Shown piece by piece: positions 43,809 to 55,453 of a stretch of DNA of 64,000 bases (positions are counted from its first letter, which is position 1; each line of letters starts with the position of its first letter). The position numbers were made by a program, and so were the translations under genes. This DNA is from Schizochytrium sp. TIO01 (lineage: Eukaryota; Protista; Bigyra: Labyrinthulomycetes): contig SMSO01000037.1 in assembly GCA_004764695.1 (NCBI GenBank), positions 1,402,747-1,466,746 on the forward strand. Direction: 5' to 3'. The notes under the pieces were generated by a model that was not told the DNA's origin, did not search any database, and saw only the letters and a program-made list of their open reading frames with translations.

Positions 43809-45914
43809 GGCGAGGCAGAGTCTGTCTTGTTAGTGAGGCAGGGCCTCTAAAGCGAGGAAGAACTGCCAGAAGGACAGCAGAAATCCCCAAACGGGGTTGT
43901 GTGATGGAGGACTGGGACTGATGAACACCTGAGGGTGACATTGATCATGAAAATAAAAGAGATCATTGCATTTCTTTACTTTATTCTTTTAGAAAAGGAA
44001 CAAGAAGAGTGCTATGGGTCTACTATGTGATATAATAGGAATTCTTTATTAAATTAGGTGGTAATATTTCAAGTATGACTGATAATAATCTAAAAACAAA
44101 CTATTTGATGATACCCAATATCTTCAAAGTTATCCCATATCGAAGAGAAGGATATTTTAGTGTGGGAAACAGACCTCATATTACCAAGGTAGCAAGAGAA
44201 CACAAGTAACTCCAGCTGTTGGAGCAGAAGAAGATATTTAGAGAAACAGTGCATGTGCAACCGAATCCAGACCAAAATTTCTCTTAAAAGGAAACAACGA
44301 CCAACATTGGGACTACTTAAAAAAGTATTAATGCTATATGTCCGGTTTGTTAAGTTCCCCTCCCCAAGATGTAAACTATTAAGCACCTGGTGAAGACAAA
44401 AATCTCATGCCTCCCGAATTAGCTAGCTACTAAGCTCAAATTGGCTCAAAAACTAAAATTTCGAAAAAATGAGGAAGCTTGTCCTTCAAATATCCGTAAT
44501 CAATGAATGTAAAAGGCATAGAATTTTCGAAAACTAGTCATATGAAAATTCCGTGAACTTAAAGCTTTAATATTCTCATTTAGAGTATTGTATGAATATC
44601 TTTCAGAGACTTTTGACCTTGGCTTTTTGGCTTAGTTAGTCACAGTTTAAACAACCTTATTGGTTAATCAATTATTGTATATTAGAACTAGCTCAGATGA
44701 AATAAGAGGATATTTAGGTTGCCTTCACAATTTGGAAGCTCATGAATTAAACTCAAGTTGATGGATAATATGAACCATCTTTGCCTCAACTTTAACCCTA
44801 CTCAACCCACAGCTCGAATGAGTGATCTGAAAAGGAAGCGGCTAGCTGTTATCCTAGGCAAGGACCTAGAAGGCCTCTCTTAATTCTCCATAAGCACCTC
44901 CAAGACAATATATTTGCCTAACACACCAGTCATGAATCTTAATTTTGACTTGCTAATATAAGTATCCTTCAGTGGTTCTACTCAAAGGTCCCTCATTTCC
45001 TGTCCAACACACTTCCGGAATGTTTCGAGTCCATATTTTCCTTGCATATGGCCATTGGCCATGCCAAAATCAGTGAGTATAGGCTCTTTTTGCTACTTAT
45101 TTTGCTGCAAAGGACATTGGCCGTCTCATATCGTCGTGCAGTACCTCCAAAGTAAATTTTCTATAGATCATGCACGCACCTGTCGGTGAGATCATTGTCA
45201 GTAATATGATTATCCGTGGATTATGTGCTCTCAAAACACGGCATGATCGGGGTATTCTGGGAAGTGACGCCAGATTTTTGTAAATTGCGACTTCATGAGT
45301 AAATTCCCTTGACTTAGTCCCCTCAAATCAATAAGTTAACTTCACTACTCCATACACTTGTTCTGCTGTACCATACGGAAGCCTGAGATGGAAGATTGGG
45401 TAGTACAGAGTAGAAAACTAGACTGGGTGGAAATTCATATACACACGGTGGCAACTCCTTAAAATATTTCTAGCTTCAAGCCCAAACAATCACTTGTACA
45501 CAGATGTTCGTGATAGATGAGATACGTACCATCTCAAGCCGACTCGTAGCCAGTATCAAACCATAGGTTTAAAGACACAGATGTTAGAGTTGAGACACTC
45601 AGGCTTCTTCCATCAATCGGAAGTTGATCATTCTGGACACTCCAGGTGTGCACTAAAATGCGTTGCGGGAACGCTAGTTCGTTGGCTATTCAAAGTATTA
45701 GTATTATTGTAAATACGGTCTGATTCATCTAGTACACAACTCAAGGGCAAGGAAAGAGATACAACTTTCATTTAGGCAACCAAACAATCTTCGTACGAAC
45801 GTTGTACCAAAGTTGCCAGGCACAGGCTTTTGCGAACGTTAGTCTAACAGCATCCGAGCGGAAAACAGGAGATTCCCACATACTGGTTTAGCAGAAGAGT
45901 CCTCGTCTGGTTCG

Positions 45915-47640
45915 ATGCAGAGAGCCAACAATCATGAGCATTCAAGCTTGGTTCGGAAAGTCCGAGCAAGAACACCTGAAAGTCTTAGGAGCAAGATGAA
46001 GGAGGATGACTTAACATATCATCTAAGTCAATTGGACAAGGGTGAGGCTGGCAAAACAAAAAAGCTTTACATTGGTAATCCATTTGAGGGCATAGTATCA
46101 GAACTTGAAGAACAAGAAACAAAGCAAGAAGAAGACTATGACACCCAAGCAATTGATATCGAGGAATTCACTCGTCGTTCCTTTCCACCAACAGGCTTAC
46201 AAAGCTCAACATCTCGCAAGAAGAATGACAAGATTGTAGGCAATGATGCTCTCTCCTCCACTGCGCAGTATTCAGGATTTAAGATGGATCTGTGCTCTAA
46301 TGTTGATGAAACTAGCATGGAGATGAATATGGATCAAGAGGCCCCGAGACGAGCCCCGCCCCCTCCACCAAGCGCTATACACTCTACCCCAGCTCAGGCG
46401 CTGCAAAAATCTATTATTAACGGCAACTTGGCAGAAAAAGCACAAGTAAAATCTGTGCTACTTTCGAGTCCAACCATGTCGCGTCGATTGTGTCTCCACG
46501 AAACCGGCCGTATTGAAGTGTTTTTTGAGAATAATGACTATGTAAATCCTTCCATCAGCAAACAAAATCAGGATCTACAAAATCCACTAAAAAGAGCAGA
46601 ACTCGGACAGATCCAAGGCGAGGTCATCATAAATGTGGAAACAACTAATCAAATTGAACCTAGATGTGAGCCTAGTAGTAACCAATTCACGAATGACTGC
46701 AGAGTTGGGAAATATGAAAGTGCAAGAGCTAATCCCAAAGTGATGGAGTATCGTGATAACGCAGTTAGCAGCAGCGACCTTGGCTTTCAGAAGACGTCCC
46801 TCTTAGAGGAAAAGCTTGACATCGATTCTTGCAATGCGTTTGATCTGTGTAGCAGAGAAGAAGCAGCAAGACTTGATGAAGATATAACGTCTCTAGAAGA
46901 AATCAATAGCGCAAATTCTAAAAAAAGCAGAGGACGTTCAATTGAAGACTTAGAGTTGTCAGTTCTCGAACCTTTGAGAATTATTCGAATCGAGGAGAGG
47001 AAGCGTCAAGATTTGATGTGTGAAATCAAACGAAGGCTCTCGAAATACAACACGAACAATGCACAAAACAGATCAGGTAAAAGCAATGTACTTATTAATG
47101 AACCTTGGTTCAACGGTTTTGAGGACCATGTAAATCTTAGTGGGAGATATGCTGAGGATGATCAAAAGAGAGAACCATTCCCAAACAAGCTTCCTCAACG
47201 TTTGCAGCTTAAGAGCGTTTCTGATAGGAACAGAGGCGATTTAACACAGCTAAATGTTGACCCTGATTCCGCACAACATGTGATGAGTTTCTCTGATTGG
47301 GCTACGCAGTCTTCGGCACACTTAAGAAGTAATACCTCTGATCTAAATGGACTACATGACAAGCTAAGGAACAATTGTTCAACCTGAAGTTTCACTCTCT
47401 CACAAAATTCAAGAATCTGGGGGCTTGTGGAGTGAGCAAGAGAGGCCAGAGGTTGCTCTCTTATCAGCTCAAGTTCGTCGCCTTCGCGAGAGACTCAGTG
47501 CCCGTGCTTTGGATCTTCAAGTAAGGCCCTTTCAAGGCGGGGCTACTGTAGAAGAACTCTTGAGTGACGCTCAACGGTTTGGATTATCAGCCTTGCGCAA
47601 GACTAGGCGGTCCTCATTCGTATCAGCAAAGAAGAGCTAA
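45915..47640 (+). CDS. Hypothetical, largely disordered protein; 490-aa ORF (to 47387) probably continued by a +1-frame segment ending at 47640
   Basis: Long open frame rich in S/N/E/K with a PPPPP motif. The +1 frame is open 47368-47640 and reads as a helical protein (RPEVALLSAQVRRLRERLS...). No family recognised. CTAACAG at 45844-45850 may be an acceptor for upstream exons. Confidence 0.6.
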
Positions 47641-50600
47641 CAATTATAAAGGAAAACACATTACCTTGATCGCCACTGGCTGTTTTCGACAGTGTTTGAG
47701 TAACGTGAAATAGACAAGCTTGGTAGTTGCAAATTTCAAAGATTGTGTTGAGGTTGCTTCATTAAAGTGGCTCACCATGGCCACCCGGCTTCAATGAAAT
47801 TCCTGGTTCTTCTACCTGCTACGCTTCGGTATTTTGTGATGGCCCACTAGAAGTTGTAGTTCAGCGGATTATCTTAGGATTCTCCTTGTGAAGCGATTCT
47901 ATTTGGGTGAAGGATTCAAACATGTTTTATCCTGATGTAGTAGGAGAGACGGCTTTGCTCAGTGAAAGCATATGAATTATCTACTAACCTATAAGAGAAC
48001 GATGAAAGATCGGCCGCACCGCTTTCGAATTGAAATATAGAACTTGGAAAACCATCCTGGCACCTACCGTTTTCCGTGCATACTCCAATAGGTTGATTTC
48101 CAAGCTGATCATAATTTAAATATATATATATAGATAAAGTATACATAAAGTATATATAAATAATATAAGAAGATCGGAGATGCAAGCTTTGATGTATTTA
48201 CCACAAAACTATCTAGCATCAAATATTGTATGCCTACTACCTATCGTCTGTTAAGAATTGGTAGGTATAACTTGGGTTAATTGTGGAGCTACGCATATAT
48301 CTTCGCCCTGGGCCCGCCCACCATTGTTTTGCGCTCACTATGCTTGCGCAAATACCTGATGACCGCTGGCACGGTACTCTGAGTTTCCTTCGTTGCTATC
48401 GTTGTGCAGTCTGGTTTTGATATCATAGGATGTACTAAGGCCAGCCTATCCGGGAGACGCTCTGTCGAGACTCTCGATTCTTGGGTGTCGCGGGTGACCG
48501 ACAATAACATGTATAACTCATAAACTAGCATTTCCATTTTCTTTTAGTCTCTTCCCTTTCAATGCATAATTTATAGGCTGGCAGCGGCGCCAGCGCGTTA
48601 CCTATGCTTGCCCTCGTCCATGAAATAAAACCGTCGCGGAATACCTGTCAGAAGTTGATAAATAGGACCTATGTGCTTTCAAAGAGCCATTTTCCTTGTA
48701 TTTTTATTCTTTGAAACTTTGAAGTTCCGGGTTATCTTGACCACGCACGGCGGTACTGTTCCTACAACAGCAATATAATTAAGGAAGTGCCGAGTGCCCT
48801 AGTCAACGTGAGGTTAGATAATCCGTTTCCGCATTGCTAAGATGCTTTCCAGCTTAAAACTGCAATTACGTGCTATAAGACTCGAAGCTGAGTGTGCTAA
48901 ATTTTCCCTCTGCAATCTGCCTCACGAATAAAATGAACGTAAGAACCATTTTGCAATTTTCCTCCTTTGAAATTAGAGTCTTCTTTTGCTAGACGTGAGT
49001 TCGGATGGTTATTTTTTAAAGAACACTTGAGGGACCTGGCAACAAACCTTCAATTGTTTTGTCCTGGCTTTGCACTACCTAGCGGTTTTCAATTTTCTTG
49101 CACTTTCCCCTCTCATTAAGTTTTGGCTTTCTATGTTATGGAGGAATAGCTCATCTTGAAGCCTTACGTGGTGGCACGTGGGCGATCGAGAAAAGCCCAA
49201 GTTGAGCTTTGCTACTGCTACCTAGTGTCAACTTCCTGGTCCTTTTAGAAGTTCTAAATACATGGACGAGTTGCCAAGGAGGGAGGGAGGGAGAGAGGGA
49301 GAAACAACTAATTCTCACAGCATAATAGCCTAAGGTGCGAATTATAGAATAGATTGCATTTAAATAGCAGAAACTTGTTGGTTTCTTGCAAACATCATCG
49401 TTCATGATACAGCTGAGGATAAATTGCGTTAACCAGTTTATTTGAATCACTCACTAAAGTAAGGGAAGTGCTCGTAGACGCGTGTGTATTTTTATTTCAC
49501 TCGCTGGTGGAAGAATAAAGCCCAGAGTGAAAGCAGTCGAACTTGTAGCTTTGTCTCTTTTGGGGGCAATGGAAAGAAATTCATGTTTGTCTTTAAAGAA
49601 ATCTACAACTTGAAACTAAGATAGCCCACTCGCGGAGCTAAGGAACAGGAGGAGAGAAGAGAACGCATGAAATGTAGAACCATTGTCTCCCAGCCCAGGG
49701 CTTTCGTATCCCTGCTTCAAAGTTTAGAATTTTCAGAGCAACAATCAATAAGTTCTTCGCATTGTAGTGTAGAATCACGGCATTAAAAGAATGCTCAGGC
49801 ACACAGAGCAGAAGTGCTTTCATCTTAAATTAATTACTCAGTCGAGTCACATTGATCGTTGGAGTATGTTCTATCGTGTGCGAAGTACGGCCTTATCCTG
49901 CGTGCTCAGAGCGCTCGTATCCAGACTGCTCGTTTCAGATGTTCAGATCACAAGACTCGCGGCCCGAAACCGCTCGCGGAGGAGCTAATTTGTGATCCCT
50001 CCAATCTGCGCATTCCTAATGAAGGGACTACGGAAACACTTAGGAATACATAGGTGGAAATTCTTCCACGATATTATTTTTAGTTTTAAAATAAAAAGTA
50101 GAAAATATTAAAAGAAAAAAAAAGATTATCTATTCATACTCCGTAGTGGGTAGCTAATAGGTGTATAGTAGTGCTGGTAGGAAGTAAACAAAAGTAAAGA
50201 AAATGAATAAGTAATAATAATAAGGGAAGAATTAGAGAGCTATGATGCAGCAAATCAATCAATCATAAGTGTATGGATTACCTCTACTACCTAGCTAGAA
50301 TGCAAAAGGCCCGCGAGAAGAAGGATATGCAATATTAGGTGCCACGGTGTTGTCCGGGTAGTGGTGAAAGTTGGCGTTTTGGCAGTAGCTGCCTGTTTGT
50401 AGCTGCGAAGAAGAAACCGGGAACGATTCCAACAATTTCAAGAACCACTTCCTTGACCATGTTTTTCGCTCTCCAGTAGCAGATTAAAACTGCTATGCTC
50501 CTATTAGGAAGGATTAGTAGTACCTGATTTCTAACATTTACAAAGCAAAGCATCAACGATCGATGATGAGATAAGTTACCAAGCGAAGAAACTTTGCTGA

Positions 50601-51525
50601 GGTTTTGCAGACCGATGGAAACCCTATGACGAACTTTGGGGAGAATCACAGAGGATCTAGCGATTTGGTGATATGGCGACTCAGGCTCAGACTTTGGCCA
50701 GATGCTTTGCGATATGACGAAACTGGGTAGGTTGCATGAAATATTTCAACTTTCCTTTTTTTTATTTACAAGATAAAATTTATTATCGTGACCAAAATTA
50801 TATCTTACATAGTATATTATTTATATACTTCTCGACTTCTACCCTTACACTATAGTAGCATGACAAATAGCCAAATTTGAAAAAGTCATCGCGCATCACA
50901 CTTTGAGAGCTATTTTACAGTATTGGCTAGAGACCAGCTATAGTAATGGAATAGGGCTCTAGTAGCATTTCGTCTTTAGTATATCCACAAAAAAAAAGAA
51001 AAAAAAGCAAAAAGCAGAATAGCAGCAGACCCCAATTGATTGCAAAGGTAAGCCGGCGTGGCATGAGGGAGGCAGAGACTGGCAACTTGAGTAGTCTGGA
51101 GGAGGGACTCCTGATGCGTTGCGTAAAATCGAGAATCCAACTGTACACTCTTTGGTAAGGGTATCGAAATATCTATCCATCTTTCTGGTTGCGGTACTCT
51201 TGCTTTTGTGCGTTCGCCATGGCCACTGGAGTGTCCCGTGGACGCTAAGATGTTTTATTGTTATTCTGAAGGGACAGTGTAGAATGCAATTTTGTGTAGG
51301 TGAAGGCCTCGCTTCAAATGACTAGTTTTTGCATGCGTAAGCAGAAAGATTCATCAATTCTGAAAAGAGTGTGCATTGGAAAGCGCAACAGAGAAAGAAC
51401 TATGAAACTAACATTGCATCCCAACATGGCTGTTGTTACTGTATGCTGTTTCTGATGATAAATGCAGAATCGGATTACAGAGACGTTGATTGACGTGTTT
51501 GACGCAGTCAAAAAAACTTGTCAAA

Positions 51526-52602
51526 ATGCCTCGCGGATGGAACCAGGCAGGAAACAACTTCACCAAGCGCCGTGCTGTTGTTATTGGCACTGGTGCCCAG
51601 GGTCTCGCGGCAGCATGGAAGCTCCTTGACACTGGCATGTTCGAAGTTGAGGTTATCTCTGACAAAGGAGGCATGATGCCCCCGAATGCCCTTTGGGAGA
51701 TCCCCCCTTACAATGTACAGCCTGAGGCACTTGTGACAAAGTGGGCCAAGGCTACCTTCGGTGAATACCTTGCCCTCAAGGCCACATACGGTGACGAGCC
51801 CGGTGTCTGCTACCCGGTTCCTCTTTACGCGCTCACCCGTAACTCCCTTCCAGGAAAGCACCCTGCTCAGGAGTACCTTGTGAACTATCGTAGTGGCCCT
51901 GAGGTGCTCAAGGAAGAGCTTCTGCAACGTGCTACCAATGGAAAGGCCACCGAGACTTACAAGGAGGCCGAGGCTTATGACTCAATCACTGTGAACACCC
52001 GCAAGTACTTCGCTTGGATGCGCAAGCAGATTACCGCTCTTGGAGGCCGCTTCACGCGTCTGGAGCTAAAAAAGCTCAGCGATGCTTGGACTGGTGCAGA
52101 GCGTGGACAAGTAGACATTGTGGTCAACTGCACCGGCATGGGTGCGTACGACCTTGTGCCTGACAAGAATGTCAAACCCGTCAAGGGCCAGACCGTCCAT
52201 GTTCCTATGGACGAGGTTCGTTGTGCAATGTCCGATTTCGAGAGCCGTTCCTACGCCATTCCCGCTGATGGAGAATGGCTTGAGGTTGGTGGTACCTCTG
52301 AAGAGGGAGTCTGGGACCGCAGCCCTGACCAGGCGATCATCGAGGACCTTGTTGACCGCGCCTCCGAAATGCTGCCCCGCTTGAAGGAGGTTGTTAAGGA
52401 AGGCGACGTGTGGACTGGTTTGCGCCCTGGTCGCGAGGGCGGAGTTCGTTTTGGCATTGACAGCGAGCGCGCCGCAGGCGAGCCTGTTGTTATCCATTGC
52501 TACGGCCATGGTGGCGCTGGCGTTATTACAAGCCTTGGATGTGCCAACGATGTTGCAGCACTTGCGATTGATGCCTGCGAGGTTATCAAGTCCAAGATTT
52601 GA
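51526..52602 (+). CDS. DAO: D-amino acid oxidase family FAD oxidoreductase, copy 1, 358 aa; C-terminal SKI (PTS1-like)
   Basis: VVIGTGAQGLAAA (FAD Rossmann), VVNCTGMGA, PVKGQ, SYAIP, VGGT, GLRPGR and HCYGHGGAG. The ATG at 51526 (aaaATG) matches the start of the paralog. Confidence 0.9.
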   Translation: MPRGWNQAGNNFTKRRAVVIGTGAQGLAAAWKLLDTGMFEVEVISDKGGMMPPNALWEIPPYNVQPEALVTKWAKATFGEYLALKATYGDEPGVCYPVPLYALTRNSLPGKHPAQEYLVNYRSGPEVLKEELLQRATNGKATETYKEAEAYDSITVNTRKYFAWMRKQITALGGRFTRLELKKLSDAWTGAERGQVDIVVNCTGMGAYDLVPDKNVKPVKGQTVHVPMDEVRCAMSDFESRSYAIPADGEWLEVGGTSEEGVWDRSPDQAIIEDLVDRASEMLPRLKEVVKEGDVWTGLRPGREGGVRFGIDSERAAGEPVVIHCYGHGGAGVITSLGCANDVAALAIDACEVIKSKI

Positions 52603-53933
52603 ATTGATAGTTTTGGATCCCCTTGTGACTATCCTGATCTCAAATGTTTTAGCAGACTTGATATGTGGCATCGTAACTCAGGACACTGTTATACAAAACA
52701 ACAAAAAATGATCACACGACTACATTTGTGTATGCAAACCCTGGGCTCAAGCTAGAAAGTGTACCTAGCATTGTTCAGAAACCGTATTTTAAAAAAGCAT
52801 AAAGTACAATTTCTTAAAACCTGCAATTCGCAGCAGCTGGACTTAGATCACCATCTCCGCAGCTTGTTTTTCTCTTGTACAATAGATGATTTTCCCCTTC
52901 CTTTTTGAAATAGAAATATTGAGAGATTTTTTGAGAGATCGTGCCAAGATTTCTCATTAAATTTGTGAGGATGCATGGTGGTACTTAATTTCCAAGTCTG
53001 CTTCTTGATATTGCCGCATACGAGAGGAATACAGATTCCACCATAGTACATCTTCATACAATTACATTCATTGAGATGTAGCCCTATTAGTTCTGCCTGG
53101 CAAGCAGTTCTGCGTCGTGATGGTTGGGTACTTAGGTAGGCGCCAAGGTGGCTACTATGAAACAAGAAATCTTATTAGCTCTCAAGTATACGTAATATAG
53201 GAAAGTACTAGATTTGGTGCAACATCCATCATTCATACATCGTCGGAACAACTAACATCGTTTTTCAAGGGCTTACGGCACTGAAGCACTAACGGAAACC
53301 CTTCAGATCGTATTCTTACTACCATCGCCTTTGCATATCCGACCAACATTTGTCTAGTGATGACTTCATGTTGAGCCCAGTTCGATTTTTGTGACAGGTT
53401 TCAAACAAGGAGGGTGCGCACACACGTAATAAGGGATGCTTAGGCAAAACTGCAGCACTAGGTCACATTATTATGAACGACAGCAGAAAGCAACTTTTCA
53501 CAGCACTCAAGACTTGTTCTTCAAGTTTGCTGAGAAATCCAATACTGATTCTACGGTAAGCGAAATGATGGGAGACCCTATATCAACAACTTTAGCATTA
53601 GCAATACATCAAGCTGCGCGTTGGACGTAGCTTCTCCTCAAGCAAGGTGAAGCTCGCTGTGGCTGGTTCTCTTGGATATGCCATTTCACGCCTCCAAAGA
53701 TCAGAACCGCTGATGCTTTAATCTCCGTCTTTGGCGCAGGAGGGTTACAACTTTGGGGAGCAGGATATCTGACATGTTTTTGGAATACCCTTTGTTACAG
53801 ATGATACTGACGAACGGTTCTTGCAAAATTTGGAAAACTATCTTGACATATCACTCTCCCACTTCATCTTGAAACTCAGACATTCGCTTCAGGAATCTTC
53901 TACCAAGCCGCACCAAGCCGCAAGCAGAACGTC

Positions 53934-55013
53934 ATGCCTCGGGGATGGAACGATGAAGGAAATAACTTTATGAAGCGTAAAGCAATTGTTATAGGCGCTG
54001 GAGCGCAGGGTCTTTCAACCGCTTGGAAATTATTAGAAAGTGGCATGTTTGACGTCGAAATAATTTTTGACAAGGCAGGGATGATGCCACCAAATGCTCT
54101 GTGGGACATTCCACCGTATAATGTACAGCCAGAGGCACTGTTCACCAAATGGGCAAAGGTCAGCTTTAGTGAATATCTTGCGTTGCGTACGATATACGGA
54201 GATGAGGCAGGGATCAACTATCCTGTTCCATTTTATGCTCTCACCCGTGGAAACCTACCAGGAGATCATCCACGAAAAAATGAGCTAGTTAACTATCGTC
54301 GGGGTAAACAGGTTCTTCAAGAAGAGGCCTTGCAGCGCGCAACGATGGGAACTGCGCACAAAACTTACAATGATGCTGAGGCCTTTGAATCTTTATCCAT
54401 AGACACGCCAAAACACTTTGCTTGGCTAAGAAAGCAAATTCAATCGCTTGGGGGTAAGTTCACCAGAATGGAGCTCGAAAACGTTACTCAGGTGTGTACG
54501 CTTCCTGGGCGTGGCCAAGTCGACCTTATAGTAAACTGCTCTGGGCTAGGAGCATATGATCTAGTGGGAGACCAGGCGCTTCATCCAATTAAAGGTCAAG
54601 TTCTTCACGTTCCTATGGACGAGGTCACTTGTGCAGTATCAGACAACGACACTCGTTCGTATGCAATTCCTGGTGGCCTAGGCCAATGGCTCGAAGTTGG
54701 AGGAACTGCAGAGGAAGGAAATTGGAACAGAGTTCCCAATGCTTCAGTAGTCAACGATGTTGTGAAGCGCGCTTCGGAAATGCTTCCTCGGCTGAAAGAT
54801 GTAGTATCTGAAGGTGATGTTTGGGCAGGTCTTCGACCGGGTCGACGAGGGGGAGTTAGGTTTGGTCTTGATGAGACAGGTGAAGCAGGGTTGCCAATCA
54901 TCATCCATTGCTACGGACACGGAGGAGCTGGGATTATTACCAGTATTGGTTGTGCAATTGATGTGACCGCCCTTGCTGTTGAAGCTTGCAGGATTATTAA
55001 ATCTAATTTGTAA
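53934..55013 (+). CDS. DAO: D-amino acid oxidase family FAD oxidoreductase, copy 2 (tandem paralog), 359 aa; C-terminal SNL
   Basis: Collinear with copy 1 (MPRGWN, GMMPPNALW.IPPYNVQPEAL, GLRPGR, HCYGHGGAG). Confidence 0.9.
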   Translation: MPRGWNDEGNNFMKRKAIVIGAGAQGLSTAWKLLESGMFDVEIIFDKAGMMPPNALWDIPPYNVQPEALFTKWAKVSFSEYLALRTIYGDEAGINYPVPFYALTRGNLPGDHPRKNELVNYRRGKQVLQEEALQRATMGTAHKTYNDAEAFESLSIDTPKHFAWLRKQIQSLGGKFTRMELENVTQVCTLPGRGQVDLIVNCSGLGAYDLVGDQALHPIKGQVLHVPMDEVTCAVSDNDTRSYAIPGGLGQWLEVGGTAEEGNWNRVPNASVVNDVVKRASEMLPRLKDVVSEGDVWAGLRPGRRGGVRFGLDETGEAGLPIIIHCYGHGGAGIITSIGCAIDVTALAVEACRIIKSNL

Positions 55014-55453
55014 ATTTGATTTTTGCTTCTTACTCAGTGAATTCAGCTAGGTATAATTCTAAAGACCTTTCGTTTAGTGTAACTCTGACAGGCCAAAAAT
55101 AAACTCTTTCTCTCACCAGCGTTTTCCAATACTCGCATGTTCCATGCCATGCAGAGACACCCCTTTGATGCGACTTAATTGTAAAGTGGGCGAGACTTGA
55201 TGACATGTAACGAAGATAGGACAGTTTATCACTGCAATTTAGCAAACCGCAAGGAATGAACCATCTCACTTGCAATTCCACCCTTTTCTGACGTATACAA
55301 TTCCTGCAACATAAGAAACATTTCACTTAGATTTCTTCCTCTTTGTAAACTATTAATGGGGTAAAAATTACAAGAAACAGTATTTCATTTGATCGATGTG
55401 TACTTTTATCTTATTTTTTCAACACAAGGAAAGAGAAGCAAGACCTGTGTCCT

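Noticed and set aside
45621-45650. KLIILDTPG, resembling a GTPase G3 motif
   Set aside because: Lies in a very short open frame with no P-loop nearby; likely chance.
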